The notes: a model not told the origin generated them from the sequence alone. A stretch of DNA of 64,000 nucleotides from Eledone cirrhosa (GCA_964016885.1 OZ024741.1:2046001-2110000); one strand, 5' to 3'; counted from the first letter of the stretch, positions 1-13,502 are shown. Made by a program: numbers and translations.

Positions 1-1378
1 TTTCGTTTGTTATTTTTTGTTTGTCTTTTTTTACCTCATTTTCCCAATGAATGGAAAAACAAGGTTTGTCCTTAGACATATATATTTTATAATTTTGTAA
101 ATATTGTTTACTCGTCACATATTATGGATTCCTCTACACGGCCCTAATAATTTAAAAAAAGTATTTGGAAAATTTGGTACATAAAAACATAGATTTAAAA
201 AAAAATGAAAACTAGAAACTGAAAATTACTCAGAGCGGCATGTTTCCGAACAGATATTCACACATTTCCAAACATAACAAAAAATGTAAAGTTTGAAAGT
301 AAAAGCAACAAAAACGGCAGCAACTGATTGTTTACGAACGTTGCGAGCAAGAAAGATAGATTTAATGTGAGTCAGTTCCCCGACAAAATTAAAGAGAAAT
401 GTCACCTTTGCTTTCTTTGGTGACCAAAGAAGAACATAGCTCTGTTTTATTGTTTTAAAAGAAGGAAAGGGGATTCCATATGCCCTCACAGAAGCAATTA
501 TAGGATACTCTACTCGATGTGTATCACGATAAATAATCCATCGAAGAGGATATGGCGTATATGACGATGCAACTCCTGACCAACACCAAAGACAAGAAAC
601 TTACCATGGTTGTGTAGCTCTTAATAAATGCAGAAAGGAAGATCTTCAGAATTATGATACGGAGCAGAAAAGCCGAGTCGTTATATTTATTATCCACCAG
701 AGTATTGTCGTCTGATAGAAGAAGAAGCGGAATGAAGGTAATGGAGAAATTTATTCTCAGACATCAGACCTGACCGGACTTCCTGCTATAGACTTCCACA
801 ATAAGCATAGGTGGAGCTATTCAACTGAATGACGTATTAAATCAACAATCTAAGATCAGGTAGTTCTTCAAATGAGAACCCAAAACTTTCACTCTCAAAG
901 CTTTGACCGAACAGTGCAACGGAATTAAACTTCAAACCACATATTTGCGAAACAGACGTCTTGACCCCACAACTTTCCCTGCTTATATCGCCTTAGGGAT
1001 ATATTTACATATAATTTTTAAAAAATTGTAAATAATTAAAATGTGACTTTTATTTGTTTTCCGTGATTGATTTGATATTATTTTGTGGGCTTCGATTTTA
1101 TTTATGGAATGTTACTCAAATATTCAGCCTCAGAATTCTTCAGTATCATCGGAGTCCTTAAAGTTTCGTCCCGTTTCAAGAATAAGTTTTGCTTTCGCTA
1201 CCGTTTCTACACACACACACATTCAGATATATATGTTTGTGTGTTTGTATTTGTGTGTATATACACCCATATACATATCTTTCTTTCCACGTATTTCCGA
1301 TATATTTTCTTCGTCTGTCTCACTCTTTCCTTTTCATTCCTTTCCTCTCTGCTCATGTCTAATAAGAACTTTGTCTGC

Positions 1379-1416
<38 letters not shown>

Positions 1417-1545
1417 GTGGGGAATTTAGCTCAATTTGTTGACATAGGCACAGAAGCCTCTGTGAAATATCGCCTGCTTTGTTACTGCTCTACAACAGCC
1501 AAAACCACGTGTGGGGAATTAGCTTTGGAGCATATCATCGATTCG

Positions 1546-1591
<46 letters not shown>

Positions 1592-1600
1592 CATATATAT

Positions 1601-1691
<91 letters not shown>

Positions 1692-1739
1692 AATATATAT
1701 ATATGTATATATACATGCACACACACACACATAAATAGT

Positions 1740-1774
<35 letters not shown>
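1740..1774. repeat. (GATA)n microsatellite at the 3' junction of Tx1 element 1
   Basis: About 8 GATA units directly abut the element's terminal ...TAAATAAAGAAA (minus strand). Confidence 0.95.
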
Positions 1775-1988
1775 TTCTTTATTTACCATAAAGGCATAAA
1801 AAGAAGGGACAAATACAAAGGGGGAGTTTACATATAATCGAGTAAAAAGGGTGTAACATGAAAATAATCGAAAATAACCTCAAAAGGGAGGGGACGTGAT
1901 GGGGGTTGCACACACCCCCGAAAAAGTGTGCAATCCTTTGCCCGGGGAGCACATGGAGAAGGTGCTCCCCTCTCCTTTACTTCTTTAC

Positions 1989-4900
1989 CTACAGGATGGT
2001 ATACAGAGAAGGCCCATTTACACGAGCCATTCTCGCCACTATCACCCACCTTTCATAAAACTGCCTGTGGCCAAGCACCTCTCTCTCCATTCTTATCCTT
2101 CTTCCGAAGTGATATCGGAAGAAGTAGACCAGACTATGGCCAGAGAGGAAGTTGCCTGACCTCAGACCTTTCAATCGTGTCCACCAAACAACCTCTTTCA
2201 ACATGGCTATTACGCACAGAAAAACCGCCTTTGCTTCCTTTGTGAAGAGGGGAGGCGGTTTGATTGTCATCACGGACTCGGCGGTCAATTTAATCGGCGC
2301 CACCCGCGACAGCAGTTGTTCGGCGTAGCCCCACAGATCAGCCACGCCCGGACATTGCACCAATGCGTGCGCTACGGTTTCTTCGTGACGCACGCATCTA
2401 GGGCAAATCTTTTTTGAGGGATCCCTGCCCGGGCGCCCGTGTCTGTAGAGCCTCTCTCGAACGGGTAGAGCCCCTCGGTAGCACTGCCAGGCCAGTGACT
2501 TCTGGAAGTTGTCCATTGGTCCTGGGCCGAAAGTCCTACCGAACAGGCTGGCCAGTTCGTCTTCTTCCATGTCCAGCGACTCTCCAAGGGTGTCATCGCC
2601 CCTGCTAGCCACCAGCCCTCTATAGAATGATGAGGTGGATTCTCCACCGATGGCCTGGCCCGCTTGCCAGAGAGCCCTGAGCGCCTGAGCACACTCAGTG
2701 TGCCAGTCTCCCAGTTTTCCGGATCTTTGCTTGACCCAGGACTGCAGCTCGGTGAGTGAGACGAGTCTCGGAAAGGCTCGTTTCACGAACGGAGCCCACA
2801 CCGGTTGACCAGTGAGGAATACCTGTAGGTGCCGTAGCCTTAATGCGTGCCTACGCATCATCAACCACGGCATCCCCAGCCCTCCTTTCGAAGGTTGTTG
2901 GCAGCAGATGGATCTTCTCACCATAGGAGGACGCTTCTTCCAAAGAAATTGGAAGAGCATGCGTTCCATGGTGGTGAGTGTTTCCTTAGGGCAAGGCACG
3001 ACAGTCAGGCGGTAGTAAGTGACGGACGCTATGTAAATGTTCGCCACCTCCGCCCGGCCTTTTAGGGACAGCTTACACTTGGCCCATTTCTGGGTTAGTG
3101 CAAACACCTTGTTCGTAACCTCGTTCCAGTTCTTTTCCACCTGGAGGTCCGGTCCAAACCAGACCCCAAGCAACTTTACCGGGCCCTCCGTCCAGTGTCC
3201 GACGACACCGTCAGGAGGCATCGGTTTGCCTCTCCACGTTCCGAGTTGCAGCCCGATGGATTTTTCCCGGTTCAGTTTCGCTCCTGACAACCTTTCGTAC
3301 TCCTCCAGTAAGGTACCGATCGCCTCGATCTCCGAGTCGGTTGATACCATTACTGTTACGTCATCGGCGTAGGCCGACACCGCTTTGCTCAATCCTGGTT
3401 CCAGGGGGATGCCCTGCAACAACTCCAACTTCCTCAGTAAAGGCTCGAGAGTCAATACGTACAGAAGGGAGGAGAGAGGGCACCCCTGTCGAATGGATCG
3501 TGTGATTTCGAACGGCTTCGAAAGGTAGCCGTTCACCTTGATCCTAGAACAGATGTGGTTGCTATGTAGGGCAGTGATCCAGCCTCTGAAAACAGGACCG
3601 AACCCAGCCGCCGCTAGCACCGCATCCAGGTAACCATGGTCGACCCTATCGAAGGCCTTAGACTGATCCAAGTTGATCAGGGCCCCACCGAAGCCGGGTT
3701 TGTTGCCAACCCTCTCTATGATGTATCGCATGAGGTGGAGGTTATCGTGAATGGACCTGGATGGGATAGCACATGTCTGCGCATCTCCCACCAGGCCACC
3801 CACGACAAGCGCCAACCTCTTTGCTAACACCTTGGCCAAAATCTTTAACTCTGTGTTTAGCAGGGTTATGGGCCGAAAATTATTTATACTATCCCCCTTG
3901 TTCTCGTCCTTCCTCACCAGCGTGACTACGCCCTTGGCTACAGAACAAGGAATTCTCCCGTTCTGCTGCCAATTGCAGTAGACCGCTTCGAGGAGTTCGG
4001 AGAAGAAGACCGGCATTGCTAAATAAAGTTCGTAAGGTATACCATCGAGACCTGGAGATTTGCGTCTGCTGCATTGGCTCAGCGCATCTCCGATCTCATC
4101 AGCCGAGATTGGTCCCCCGCAGGACTCTGCCTCTTTGTTCGAGAGACGCGGCAGGCCGTCGAGGTATGGACCGAAATCCACGCCCCGGCCCGGACCCTCG
4201 CCTCCCCCGAACAATCGGGCAAAGTGCTTTTGAAAGGCCTCGCACATCTGCTTAGGCTCCCGGATCACTCGTCCATCTTCGTCTTGCAACGACCGGATGG
4301 TGGATCGATTTCCACTCTTAGCTTCTGTCACGCGGGCCCATCCAACGGCTTTGGCCCCCTCATTACCTAGAGCACGTATTTTACTTCGAATGACGCAGCC
4401 TTCATGCTTTGCATCGAAAAACTGGTTCAAGGCCGTCCTCGATGCCAGCACTCTGGCCACATCTTCGCTCTTGATTGCCTCTTCTAATTTACCTGTTAAT
4501 TCTTTCTCGTTTCTATTCCTATCGGTAGCTAACATCTTGCTATAACTTATTGATTCTGTTCTAATCTCTCTTTTGAGAGATGCCCACCATCGGTTGTTGA
4601 CGATTGCACCCGTCAACCTCTCCTTAACTAATCTGCTAATCCGGTTTCTGTAAGTCTCTTTTGCCGGTAGAGACAAATTAAGTTTCCAGTAACCGGGACC
4701 CTGTCTATGTGTTTTCTCGAGATTGACCACGCAGGTCACTAATTTGTGATCCGTGTAGCCAACCGTGCGCATTTCTGGACAGCTTAATATGTCCCTATCC
4801 TTACTTCTAACTAAGAATCTATCTAAGTACGATCTAGATTGACCACTGTGGTTTCTCCAAGTCCAGGTAGGCACAGTTGGAAAATCTAGTCGATATCTAT

Positions 4901-5426
4901 CGATCAAGTTAAAACGGTCGAGTAACCCCTTGAGGCTGTTACACCCCCCTCTATTAGGACATGCTCCTGCATAGTCCCAACGTGCATCCAGGATGTCATT
5001 CCAATCCCCCGCTAGAAGCAGGGAACGCGACGTTCCCAGAAAAGTCTCTAAACGCTGGAAGAAGTCGGGCCGTTCAGCTCCGAAAGGGGAGTAGACGGCG
5101 ACCAGTCTCAAGGACGCACTTTCACTACTGCCAACGTCTAGCACCAACAAACGACCCTCCGGGTCTGAGTGCACAACCTGTACGGCAAGACCCAGGTGTT
5201 TTTGCAGCAGTACGACAACCCCACCCCCACCTCCAGGTTGACAGAGAGATGCATGCACCTCAAAGTCATCGAAGGTGGGGGCCAGCTGCCGCATGACGCT
5301 GATTCGAGTCTCACAGATAACCATTACATTTATACTACATGACCTGAGGTCATTTAGAAGCTTTGCTTGCTTCCAAGTTGAGCCCAGGCCACGTGCATTC
5401 AAACATCCTACTCTTAACACATCCAT
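1989..5426 (-). CDS. ORF2: APE endonuclease + reverse transcriptase + C-terminal Cys/His finger (1145 aa, intact)
   Basis: LNARGL, ICETR, GDWN, SYLDRF, TDHK (APE); SPGLDG, FRPITLLN, DQSKAFDRVDH, RQGCPLS, YADD (RT); [22 protein letters not shown] is typical of the Tx1/L1 clade. Confidence 0.95.
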   Translation of the reverse strand: MDVLRVGCLNARGLGSTWKQAKLLNDLRSCSINVMVICETRISVMRQLAPTFDDFEVHASLCQPGGGGGVVVLLQKHLGLAVQVVHSDPEGRLLVLDVGSSESASLRLVAVYSPFGAERPDFFQRLETFLGTSRSLLLAGDWNDILDARWDYAGACPNRGGCNSLKGLLDRFNLIDRYRLDFPTVPTWTWRNHSGQSRSYLDRFLVRSKDRDILSCPEMRTVGYTDHKLVTCVVNLEKTHRQGPGYWKLNLSLPAKETYRNRISRLVKERLTGAIVNNRWWASLKREIRTESISYSKMLATDRNRNEKELTGKLEEAIKSEDVARVLASRTALNQFFDAKHEGCVIRSKIRALGNEGAKAVGWARVTEAKSGNRSTIRSLQDEDGRVIREPKQMCEAFQKHFARLFGGGEGPGRGVDFGPYLDGLPRLSNKEAESCGGPISADEIGDALSQCSRRKSPGLDGIPYELYLAMPVFFSELLEAVYCNWQQNGRIPCSVAKGVVTLVRKDENKGDSINNFRPITLLNTELKILAKVLAKRLALVVGGLVGDAQTCAIPSRSIHDNLHLMRYIIERVGNKPGFGGALINLDQSKAFDRVDHGYLDAVLAAAGFGPVFRGWITALHSNHICSRIKVNGYLSKPFEITRSIRQGCPLSSLLYVLTLEPLLRKLELLQGIPLEPGLSKAVSAYADDVTVMVSTDSEIEAIGTLLEEYERLSGAKLNREKSIGLQLGTWRGKPMPPDGVVGHWTEGPVKLLGVWFGPDLQVEKNWNEVTNKVFALTQKWAKCKLSLKGRAEVANIYIASVTYYRLTVVPCPKETLTTMERMLFQFLWKKRPPMVRRSICCQQPSKGGLGMPWLMMRRHALRLRHLQVFLTGQPVWAPFVKRAFPRLVSLTELQSWVKQRSGKLGDWHTECAQALRALWQAGQAIGGESTSSFYRGLVASRGDDTLGESLDMEEDELASLFGRTFGPGPMDNFQKSLAWQCYRGALPVRERLYRHGRPGRDPSKKICPRCVRHEETVAHALVQCPGVADLWGYAEQLLSRVAPIKLTAESVMTIKPPPLFTKEAKAVFLCVIAMLKEVVWWTRLKGLRSGNFLSGHSLVYFFRYHFGRRIRMEREVLGHRQFYERWVIVARMARVNGPSLYTIL

Positions 5427-5459
5427 GTGGGCGGCAGAGCCAAAGGAGAGTGTAGAGAC

Positions 5460-7341
5460 CTACCTTTCCGCTTCCCGGGGTTCGGGTTGCACGACTTCCA
5501 TGGGGTCGGGGGTGTTGGGTGAAGGGGTGTCTTGTGGTGGTGTGGGGTCGTCAGTGTGTGGTGGGGTTGGGGTGTTTGGAGTTGTGTTGGGGAGGGGAAG
5601 GGGAGGGGGAAAGCTTTTTAGTAGGACGCGGTTTATGGGTTTGACAGAGGGTGGTTCTACGTCCTCCTTAAAATCCTTTTTTTAGTTTTTGGTAGAGGTT
5701 CATTGGGATTTTTATTAGTTTTAAATGTGGGTGGTTTTCTGACGAAACAAAGTTTACACCTTCGGTTTGTACCGAAGGATTATTGTATATGAGTTCATTT
5801 AATTTATTATTGTTTCTGTTGATGTAAGTATAGTGTAATGTCTTTTTTTCCGATGGTGTGAGTGTTTCGAAGAGGGGAGGGGCAGGTTTGGTTTTGTTTG
5901 TTGCTTGAGGGGTGTTTTCTGTTTTGTTGGATTGTGTTGCGATTTGGGTGGGGGTTGTTTGTCCTTGTGTGTTTTGCACATGTTTTCTTTTTTTCCTTTT
6001 AATCTGTCTGAAGGACTCCGTTTCTTCCTCCGAATTCGTTGGGTTATCTTCAGTGTTGGAGGGAAGAGGTATGTTTGCTGGTAATGTTTCCGTGTTGGTT
6101 TTCTTTGTGGGGGAGATGGATGTCACTATGTTAGACTGTGTTGTGTGTTGTGTCTGCGGTGGTTGTGTTGTTTTATTGAGTGAGAGGTTGGGTGGGCCTG
6201 TATTTTGTTTTGGGGGTAATGTGTTGTGACTGTTTGTGTTGTGGTGGTGTTGTGGTTTTACTGAGGGACGGGTTGGGTGGGACTGAGTTTTGTTGTTTGT
6301 TTATCTGTTGTGGTGGTGGTGGTGGTGGAGCTGGTGTTGGTAGCAGGGTTTTCTTTTTGTTGAGTTGGGGACAAGCGGCCTTCAGGTGCCCTCTGCCTGC
6401 ACAGATATGGCAGGACGGCCTTCTCCCCTCCACGCTAATGTTTATATACCCGTGGTCCTCTAATAGGATTCTGTCGGGTATTTGGGCGATGCGTTCAGGC
6501 TTCATTTGTACTACCAGCTCTATACCTGTTCCACTGAACGCATTGCCTGTGGTTTTCCCAATGGAAATCACGTTGTCATTCACTGGATCGATGAAGCCAG
6601 CTATGAGCCAGCAGTAGTCCACATCTGGCATCATTGCATCCAGCCATATGCGTTGAGTTTTTTTTCCCATATAAGATGGATAAAAGGTGAAACTTTTCGA
6701 ACGAATCGGTGACAAAGCACATTTTTTTGCCGCCGATTCGTTCTTCATGATAATTGCTAGGCTTCCATACAGTCTGTCTTTTCTTATGAAAGTTGTTTCA
6801 TTCAGTACTTCTGTGAGTACTGTTTTGATATCTGCTTGAGAAGGCTGTTCAGGTTGTTTTGTACTGTTGTTGATGGTCCGAAACTTGACCGTTCGGCTTT
6901 CAATGTCTTTCGTGAATTCTTGAGGTATTTTTACCAATAAAATACCATTCTCACCTTCACTTATGTATTGTTTTGCGTCCGTGATCCTTCGTACCACATC
7001 TGAAATGTTTTCCGCTATATAAGTCAAAGATTTCTTTGTTTTCTGTGCAAATGAAATCTTGTCGTCTGCTTTGTTTTCTGATATGGTGTTATTTTCAACT
7101 GTTATTTTTTTGTTTGTTGTGTCTTTGTTTGTGTTATTAGTATTGTCATGCAATTTTTCAAATTTTTTTTTTCGTTGTTGGAATCCAAGTCCAGATTTAT
7201 GTTTTCGTCATTTAATTTTTTCTCCGCAGATTCGTCCGTTTTTATTTTCATTTTTCCTTCCTTCTCTATGACGTTAGTTGGGAAGGAAGGGAGGACTAAA
7301 GCGTGCGAGCTTACAACTCTTACCGCTGTCCCCCCCACCAC
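5460..7341 (-). pseudogene. ORF1 (gag-like nucleic-acid-binding protein), split by frameshifts
   Basis: Track ORFs 7102-7341, 6173-7153 and 5668-6126 plus a tail ending MEVVQPEPREAER*. Contains CHICAGRGHLKAAC (CX2CX4HX4C) and is homologous to ORF1 of copies 2 and 3. Start position uncertain. Confidence 0.8.
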
Positions 7342-7598
7342 TATTTTCGTTCGCTGCGTTTAACATTTCTGTTAGACGATTGAAATTTTTTTACACAAAA
7401 TTTTTTAAAACAGGTTTTTCACCTCTAGGAGGGGTAAAGATGAGCTGACCCACCGCCTGACAGTTCAGACGGAGGGTCAAGCTACACAATTGTATCAAAA
7501 TTAAGTTTGAACTCACAAAATTTCCTCAATAAATTTGAACAAAACTTCTGTGCGAAGTGAATGACATCCACACTGTAGAACAGACGACAGCTAGATTA

Positions 7599-7601
<3 letters not shown>

Positions 7602-7641
<40 letters not shown>
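7602..7641. repeat. (GATA)10 between Tx1 copies 1 and 2
   Basis: Direct read of the sequence. Confidence 0.95.
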
Positions 7642-7880
7642 TGTTTCTTTATTAGCCACAGGGGCACAAAAGAAGGGGACAAATACAAAGGGGGAAGTTT
7701 ACATACAATAAAAACGTGTAAAATGTTATCACAAATGCAATTTAAAAAATTAGTCGATTTTCCCCAATAGGGAGATACAGTTCATATGGGTAACACATAC
7801 CCCCGAAAAAATGTGAAACCCTCATCTCCAGGAGTACGAAGAGTTTGTACTCCTTTCCTCTCCTCCTCCTTTTCCTCAAC

Positions 7881-10800
7881 CTACAGGCTGGTATAGAGAG
7901 AAGGCCCATTCACTCGGGCCATTCTCGCAACTTTCACCGACCTTTCATAAAACTTGCTGGGGTACAGCACCTCTCTCTCCATCCTGATTCTTCTTCCAAA
8001 GTGGTATTTGGAAAAAAGAATCAGTTGTTGGCCGGAGAGAAAGGTGTCTGACCTCAGCCCTTTCAACCTTGTCCACCATACAACCTTTTTCGCCATAGCT
8101 ATCAAAGGAAAACCGCCTCTCCTTGGTTTTTGAAGGAGGGTGGCGGTTTGATCATGACAATGGACTCGGTGGTCAACCGGATTGGTCCAACCCGCGACAA
8201 TAGTCGTTCTACATAGCCCCACAGGTCAGTGACGCCCGGGCAGTGTATGAATGCGTGCGCGACGGTTTATTCGTTACGCACGCACCTCGGACAGATCTTT
8301 TTTGCAGGGTCCCTGCCCGGGCGCCCATGTCTGTAGAGCTTGTCTCGAACTGGTAGAGCTCCTCGGTAGCACTGCCAGGCCAGGGACTTTTGGAAGTTGT
8401 CCATCGGTTCCGAGCGGAAGGTCCTACCGAACAGACTGGCCAGTTCATCTTCCTCTACGCCTAGAGTTTCACCGAGCGTCGTCGCACTTGCTGCGGATCA
8501 ACCCTCTATAGAATGACGAAGAGGAGTCTCCACTGATCGCCGGGTCCGCCTGCCAGAGGCCTGTGAGCGCCTGAGCACATTCGATGTGCCAGTCACCCAT
8601 TTTCCTCGGTCTTTGCTTGACCCAGGACTGCAGCTCGGTCAGCGAGACGAGTCGTGGGAAGGCTCGCCTCACGAACGGGGCCCACACCGGTTGTCCGGTG
8701 AGGAATACGTAGAGATGCCACAGTCTGAGCGCGTGTTTGTGCATCGTCAACCACGGGATCCCCAGCCCTCCGTTAGAAGGGTGTTGGCAGCAGATGGATC
8801 TTCTCACCAAAGGAGCCCGCCTCTTCCAAAGGAATTGGAAGAGCACGCGCTCCATTTTGGAGAGCGTTTTGGCTGCACAAGGCACGACGGTCAAGCGGTA
8901 GTAGATGGCGGACGCTATAAAAGTGTTCGCCACCTCCGCTCGACCTTTCAAGGATAGTTTGCACTCGGCCCACTTCTAGGTGAGTGCAAACACCTTGGCC
9001 GTCACCTCGTTCCAGTTCTTCTCCACCTGGAGGTCCGAACCAAACCAGACCCCGAGCAGCTTTACTGGTCCTTCCGTCCAGCGTCCGACGACGCCATCGG
9101 AAGGCATCGGTTTGCCTCTCCACGATCCGAGTTGCAAACCGATGGACTTGTCCCGGTTCAGCTTCGCTCCTGTGAAACTTTCGTATTCCTTCAGTAAGGT
9201 GCCGACATCCTCGATTTGTGAGGCGCTCGACACCATTACTGTCACGTCGTCGACGTAGGCCGACGCCGCTTTCCGCAGTCCCGGTTCCAGAGGGATGCCC
9301 TGCAATAGCTCCAACTTCCGCAGTAGTGGCTCGAGAGTCAGTACGTACAGAAGGGAGGAGAGAGGGCATCCCTGTCGAATGGATCGCGTAATATGGAACG
9401 GCTCCGAGAGGTAGCCGTTCACCTTGACCCTTGAGCAGGTGTTGCTGTTGTGCATTGCAGCAATCCAGCCCCTGAACACAGGTCCGAAGCCTGCCGCCTC
9501 GAGCACCGCATCCAGGTAACGATGGTCAACCCTATCGAAAGCCTTAGACTGATCCAACTTGATCAGGGCCCCACCGAAGCCGGGTTTACACCCTACCCTC
9601 TCTATGATGTATCGCATGAGGTGGAGGTTGTCGTGTATGGACCTGGTCGGGATTGCGCATGTCTGCGCTTCTCCCACCAGGTTTTCGACGACAAGCGCCA
9701 GCCTCTTTCCCAAAACCTTGGCCAAAATCTGTAACTCTGTGTTTATCAGAGTTATGGGCCGGAAGTTGCCTATGTCATCCCCCTTATTCTCGTCCTTCCT
9801 GACTAGTGTGACCACGCTCCCGGTTACAGAACTGGGAATTCTCCCGTTCTGTTGCCAGTTGCAGTAGACTGCTTCCAGGAGACCGGAGAATAAGTCCGGC
9901 ATTGCTACGTAAAATTCGTAGGGTAGACCGTAGAGACCTGGAGATTTGCGTTTGCCGCATTGGCTCAGCGCGTCCCCTATCTCAGCGGCTGAAATCGGCT
10001 TTTCGCAGAACTTTGCCTCGCTGTCCGAGAGTCGCGGTAGGCCGTCGAGGTATGGACCGAAATCCATAGCCCCTCTCGGCGCGCCGCCCCGCCCGAACAG
10101 TTGAGCAAAGTGCCGCCGAAAGGCCGCACACATCTGCTTCGGCTCACGTATCATGCGTCCGTTTTGGTCCTTCAAAGACCGAATCGTGGACTTGTTGCCA
10201 CTTTTTGCCTCCGTCACTCGGGCCCAGCTAACAGCTTTGGCTCCCTCGTTTCCCAGAGCACGTATTTTGCTTCTGACAACGCAGCCCTCGTACTTTGCGT
10301 CGAAGAACTGGTCCAAGGCCGTTCTAGTTGCTAGCACGCTGGCTACGTTGCCACTTCTAATTGCCTCTTCTACTTTATCTACCAGTTCCTTCTCGGTTCT
10401 ATTTCTATCTAACGCTAATTCTTTACTAAAAACTAACGAGTCTAATCTAACTGCCCTCTTGAGAGACTACCACTATCTGTTGTTGACAATGGCCCCTGTC
10501 AAGTGCTGTTTAACTAAAGTGCTAATCCGTCTACTGTAGGCTTTGCTTGTCGGTAACGACAGGTTCAGCTTCTAGTAGCCGGGTCCCTGTCTATGGGTTC
10601 TATCACGGTTGGCCATGCAGGTCACTAGTTTGTGGTCTGAATAGGCAACCATGAACATTTGTGGACAGCTTAACATGTCCCTATCCTTATTTCTAACTAG
10701 AACCCTATCTAGGTACGATCTAGATTAGTCCACGTCCACAGTGGAACAGTCGGAAAATCTAGTCGATATCTATCGGCCAGGTCAAATGTGTCGATTAACT

Positions 10801-11299
10801 GTTTGAGGCTGTTACACCCCCCTTTATCGTGACATGCTCCCACATAGTCCCAATGTGCATCTAGGATTCCATTCCAGTCCCCCACTAAAAGCAAGGAGCG
10901 GGACGTTCCCAGAAAAGTCTCTAGACGTTTGAAGAAGTCTGGCCGCGGTGTCCCGGATGGGGCATATGCGGCCACCAGCCTGAAGGCTCCACCTTCACTA
11001 CCGCCAACCTCTAGGACCACCAGTCGACCCTCCGGGTCCAGATGTACCGTCTGTGTTACGAGGCCCAGGTGTTTCCGCAGCAAAACGGCAACGCCGCCCC
11101 CACCTCCCGGTTGACAGAGAGATGCGTAGATCTCAAAGTCATCGAAGATGGAGGCCAGCTGTCGCTCGCTGTGGATCCTGGACTCGCAAATGGCTACCAC
11201 ATCCATACTGTGCGATCTGAGGTCGTTTAAGAGTTTGCCCTGTTTCCAGAGCATCCCCAGGCCACGTACGTTCACACATCCAACTTTTATATTGGCCAT
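7881..11299 (-). pseudogene. ORF2 (APE-RT) with stops and frameshifts
   Basis: Fragments 10709-11299 (APE), 8976-10337 (RT, YVDD), 8469-8951 and 7881-8222 are colinear with ORF2 of copy 1. Confidence 0.92.
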
Positions 11300-11332
11300 G
11301 TTGGTGCTGAAAAGTTAAAAGAGGAAAAGAGA

Positions 11333-13251
11333 TCACTCACCCTTCGTCTCCTGGGGACCAGGCTGCACGATTTCCATGGGGGTGTTGGAGGGGTTGTCTG
11401 GGTGGTGGTGGTTTCCGGCGGGGTGGGGACGTAGATGTTTGGTGGGGTGGGGTCTGGTGGGATGGGGGCGTCTGGGGTGGGGAGACATTTGATAAGGACG
11501 CGGTTAAGTGGTTTCGCGCAGGAATTCCCCACATACTTTTCAAATGTTTCTTTTAGGGACCTATAAGTTTGTATAGGGACCCTAATCAGTTTTAGGTTCA
11601 GTTTTTTTGTTATTTTTAATAGAGTGGGCGAAAGTTTTCCCTTCGGATTTCACCGAAGGGTCGTTCGTGATGGTCTCGATTAGTGTTTTGTTTTCAGTGT
11701 TTATGTAAGTGTAAGTGTAATTTTCTTGTGTTGTGTTTGTTTTTGTCTGTAGTTCTTGTGTGTGCTTTCGTTTTGTTGTAGGTATTTTGTTTTCAGGAGG
11801 TGTGGGTTTTGTTTGTGATGTTTTTGTTGTTTGTGTTGGTGGTTGTATGTTTGTGGTAGTGTTTGCTGGTTTTTTGCTTTTGTGATGTCTTTTCTTTCTT
11901 TTCGAGCGATGGGGTCTCCCTCGTCTTCACTTGGGGATGGCGAGATAGCCTCATCTGTTGTATCGTCTGTGTGATTGGGGAGGGGTATGTCTTGGGGAGC
12001 TGTTGTGTCTGTATGTGATTTTGCAGTGGTTTTAGGTGGAGTGGGGTTGGGTGGGACTGTGTTTGTTGTGGTTATTGTTGTGTGTTGGTGTTGTTGTTGT
12101 GGTGGTGTTGGTGGTTGTGTTGTTTTGACGGGTGTCGGCAGAAGAGCCTTTTTTTACTCATTAATTTAGGACAGGAAGCCCTCAGGTGACCCCTGCTAAA
12201 GAAATGGTAACATGAGGGCCGCCTACCCTCAACCGAAAAGTTTATGTAGGTGAGTCCGTCCAGGAGTACACGTTGTAGGATCATAGCTATTCGCTCTGGG
12301 CTCATTTGCACCAGAACTTCAACGCTAGTCCCATTGAATACATCTCTGGGGGACTTTCCTTCTGACAGTATTCTGTCTTCATCAAAATTGATGAAGCCGC
12401 ACAGTATCCACCATATGTTCACCTTTGGTGTGACACTCGTGATTTTAATCTTTTGTGTCCTTTTTCCCATGTATGTGGGGAAAAAGGTATACAGGTTGGA
12501 TACAATTGGCGACACAGAGTAATTTTGGGCCGTCAATTGATCCTTCATCAGTACCGAAATACTCCCAAAGAGTTTGCTTCTTTGAATGAATGCAATATCA
12601 TTCATTGAATTTTTGAAAACCAGTTCAATTTCTTTCTGCGACAATTGGACTGGTTTTCGGGTAGAATTGGAAACTGTCCTAAAACCTATCGTTTTGAGAG
12701 CAGTTTCCTTGCGAATTTCTACCGGAGAATTGATGCTGAAAGCACCATTTTTTTCGAAAGTGACATATCTCCTAGCGTCCTTTAAAAGTTGTTCGGCATT
12801 TGTTATGTCGAGATATGTCAGTTCCTCCTTTTTTTGAACTGTCTGTGCAAAGGAGATTTTGGTTTCTTTGTGGAATTATCCGTGTTGGTGGTATTGTCAT
12901 TATTGTTGTTATTGTTGTTGTTATTCTTGTTGTCACTGATGTTGATATTATTCGTATTTTCCTTGATGTTGGTGTTGTTGTTGTCTTTCATGCTGGTGTT
13001 ATTGGTGTTGTCTTTATTTTTTCTTTGTTGTTGTTGTCATTGTTGTTTTTATCATCATTATTGGTGTTGTTGTTATTTTTGTTGTCATTGAACTGTTTGG
13101 TGTCATTTGTGTTGTTTGGATATGAATTTGTTTTTACATTTTCATTTCGTCTTTCCATCTCCATAGTATCTAGAGAAGAAGACGATGTTGACTACGAGCT
13201 ATGTAGTCTTACCGACTCTCCACCACCATTATCAATGAACGCAGCGTTCAT
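11333..13251 (-). pseudogene. ORF1, disrupted
   Basis: Fragment 12072-12644 (FFPTYMGKRTQKI, SVEGRRPSC; knuckle mutated to CYHFFSRGHLRASC). C-terminus reads MEIVQPGPQETKGE*. Start position approximate. Confidence 0.78.
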
Positions 13252-13483
13252 AACGTAATCAAACTTCTTACGATATTTTTTCAAAAATTCGATGGAGCAA
13301 AAATTTTTTCAAACGAATATTTCGCCCCTGTAGGGGCGAAAATGAGTTGACCTACCACCTGAAGATCCAGACGGGGGGTCAAGTAACACAATAATATAAA
13401 ATTTAACTGAAAACTCACGTTTTTTTCTTACATAAAATAACGGAAACTTCTCCGCGAAGTTACACACGTCTGGTAGAAAGAGA

Positions 13484-13502
13484 GATAGATAGATAGATAG
13501 AT
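13484..13502. repeat. (GATA)4-5 between Tx1 copies 2 and 3
   Basis: Direct read of the sequence. Confidence 0.9.

Larger units (their letters stand above)
1775..7590 (-). mobile_element. Tx1/L1-clade non-LTR retrotransposon, copy 1 (full length)
   Basis: 5'UTR, ORF1 with a CCHC knuckle, ORF2 with APE-RT-zinc finger, and a short 3'UTR. Bounded by (GATA)n at both ends. Confidence 0.93.
7643..13483 (-). mobile_element. Tx1/L1-clade non-LTR retrotransposon, copy 2 (full length, degenerate)
   Basis: Same architecture as copy 1; both ORFs are interrupted. Confidence 0.92.

Noticed and set aside
540-1000. Possible decayed piggyBac-like transposase (LLST..; D.HNK.IGG..QL)
   Set aside because: Only short motif-like scraps across frameshifts and no TIR or TTAA identified, so too weak to call.
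11307-11340. 34-nt GT-AG micro-intron that could fuse ORF1 to ORF2 in copy 2
   Set aside because: Very short for a metazoan intron, not in frame with the true ORF1 frame as assembled, and copies 1 and 3 lack the AG.
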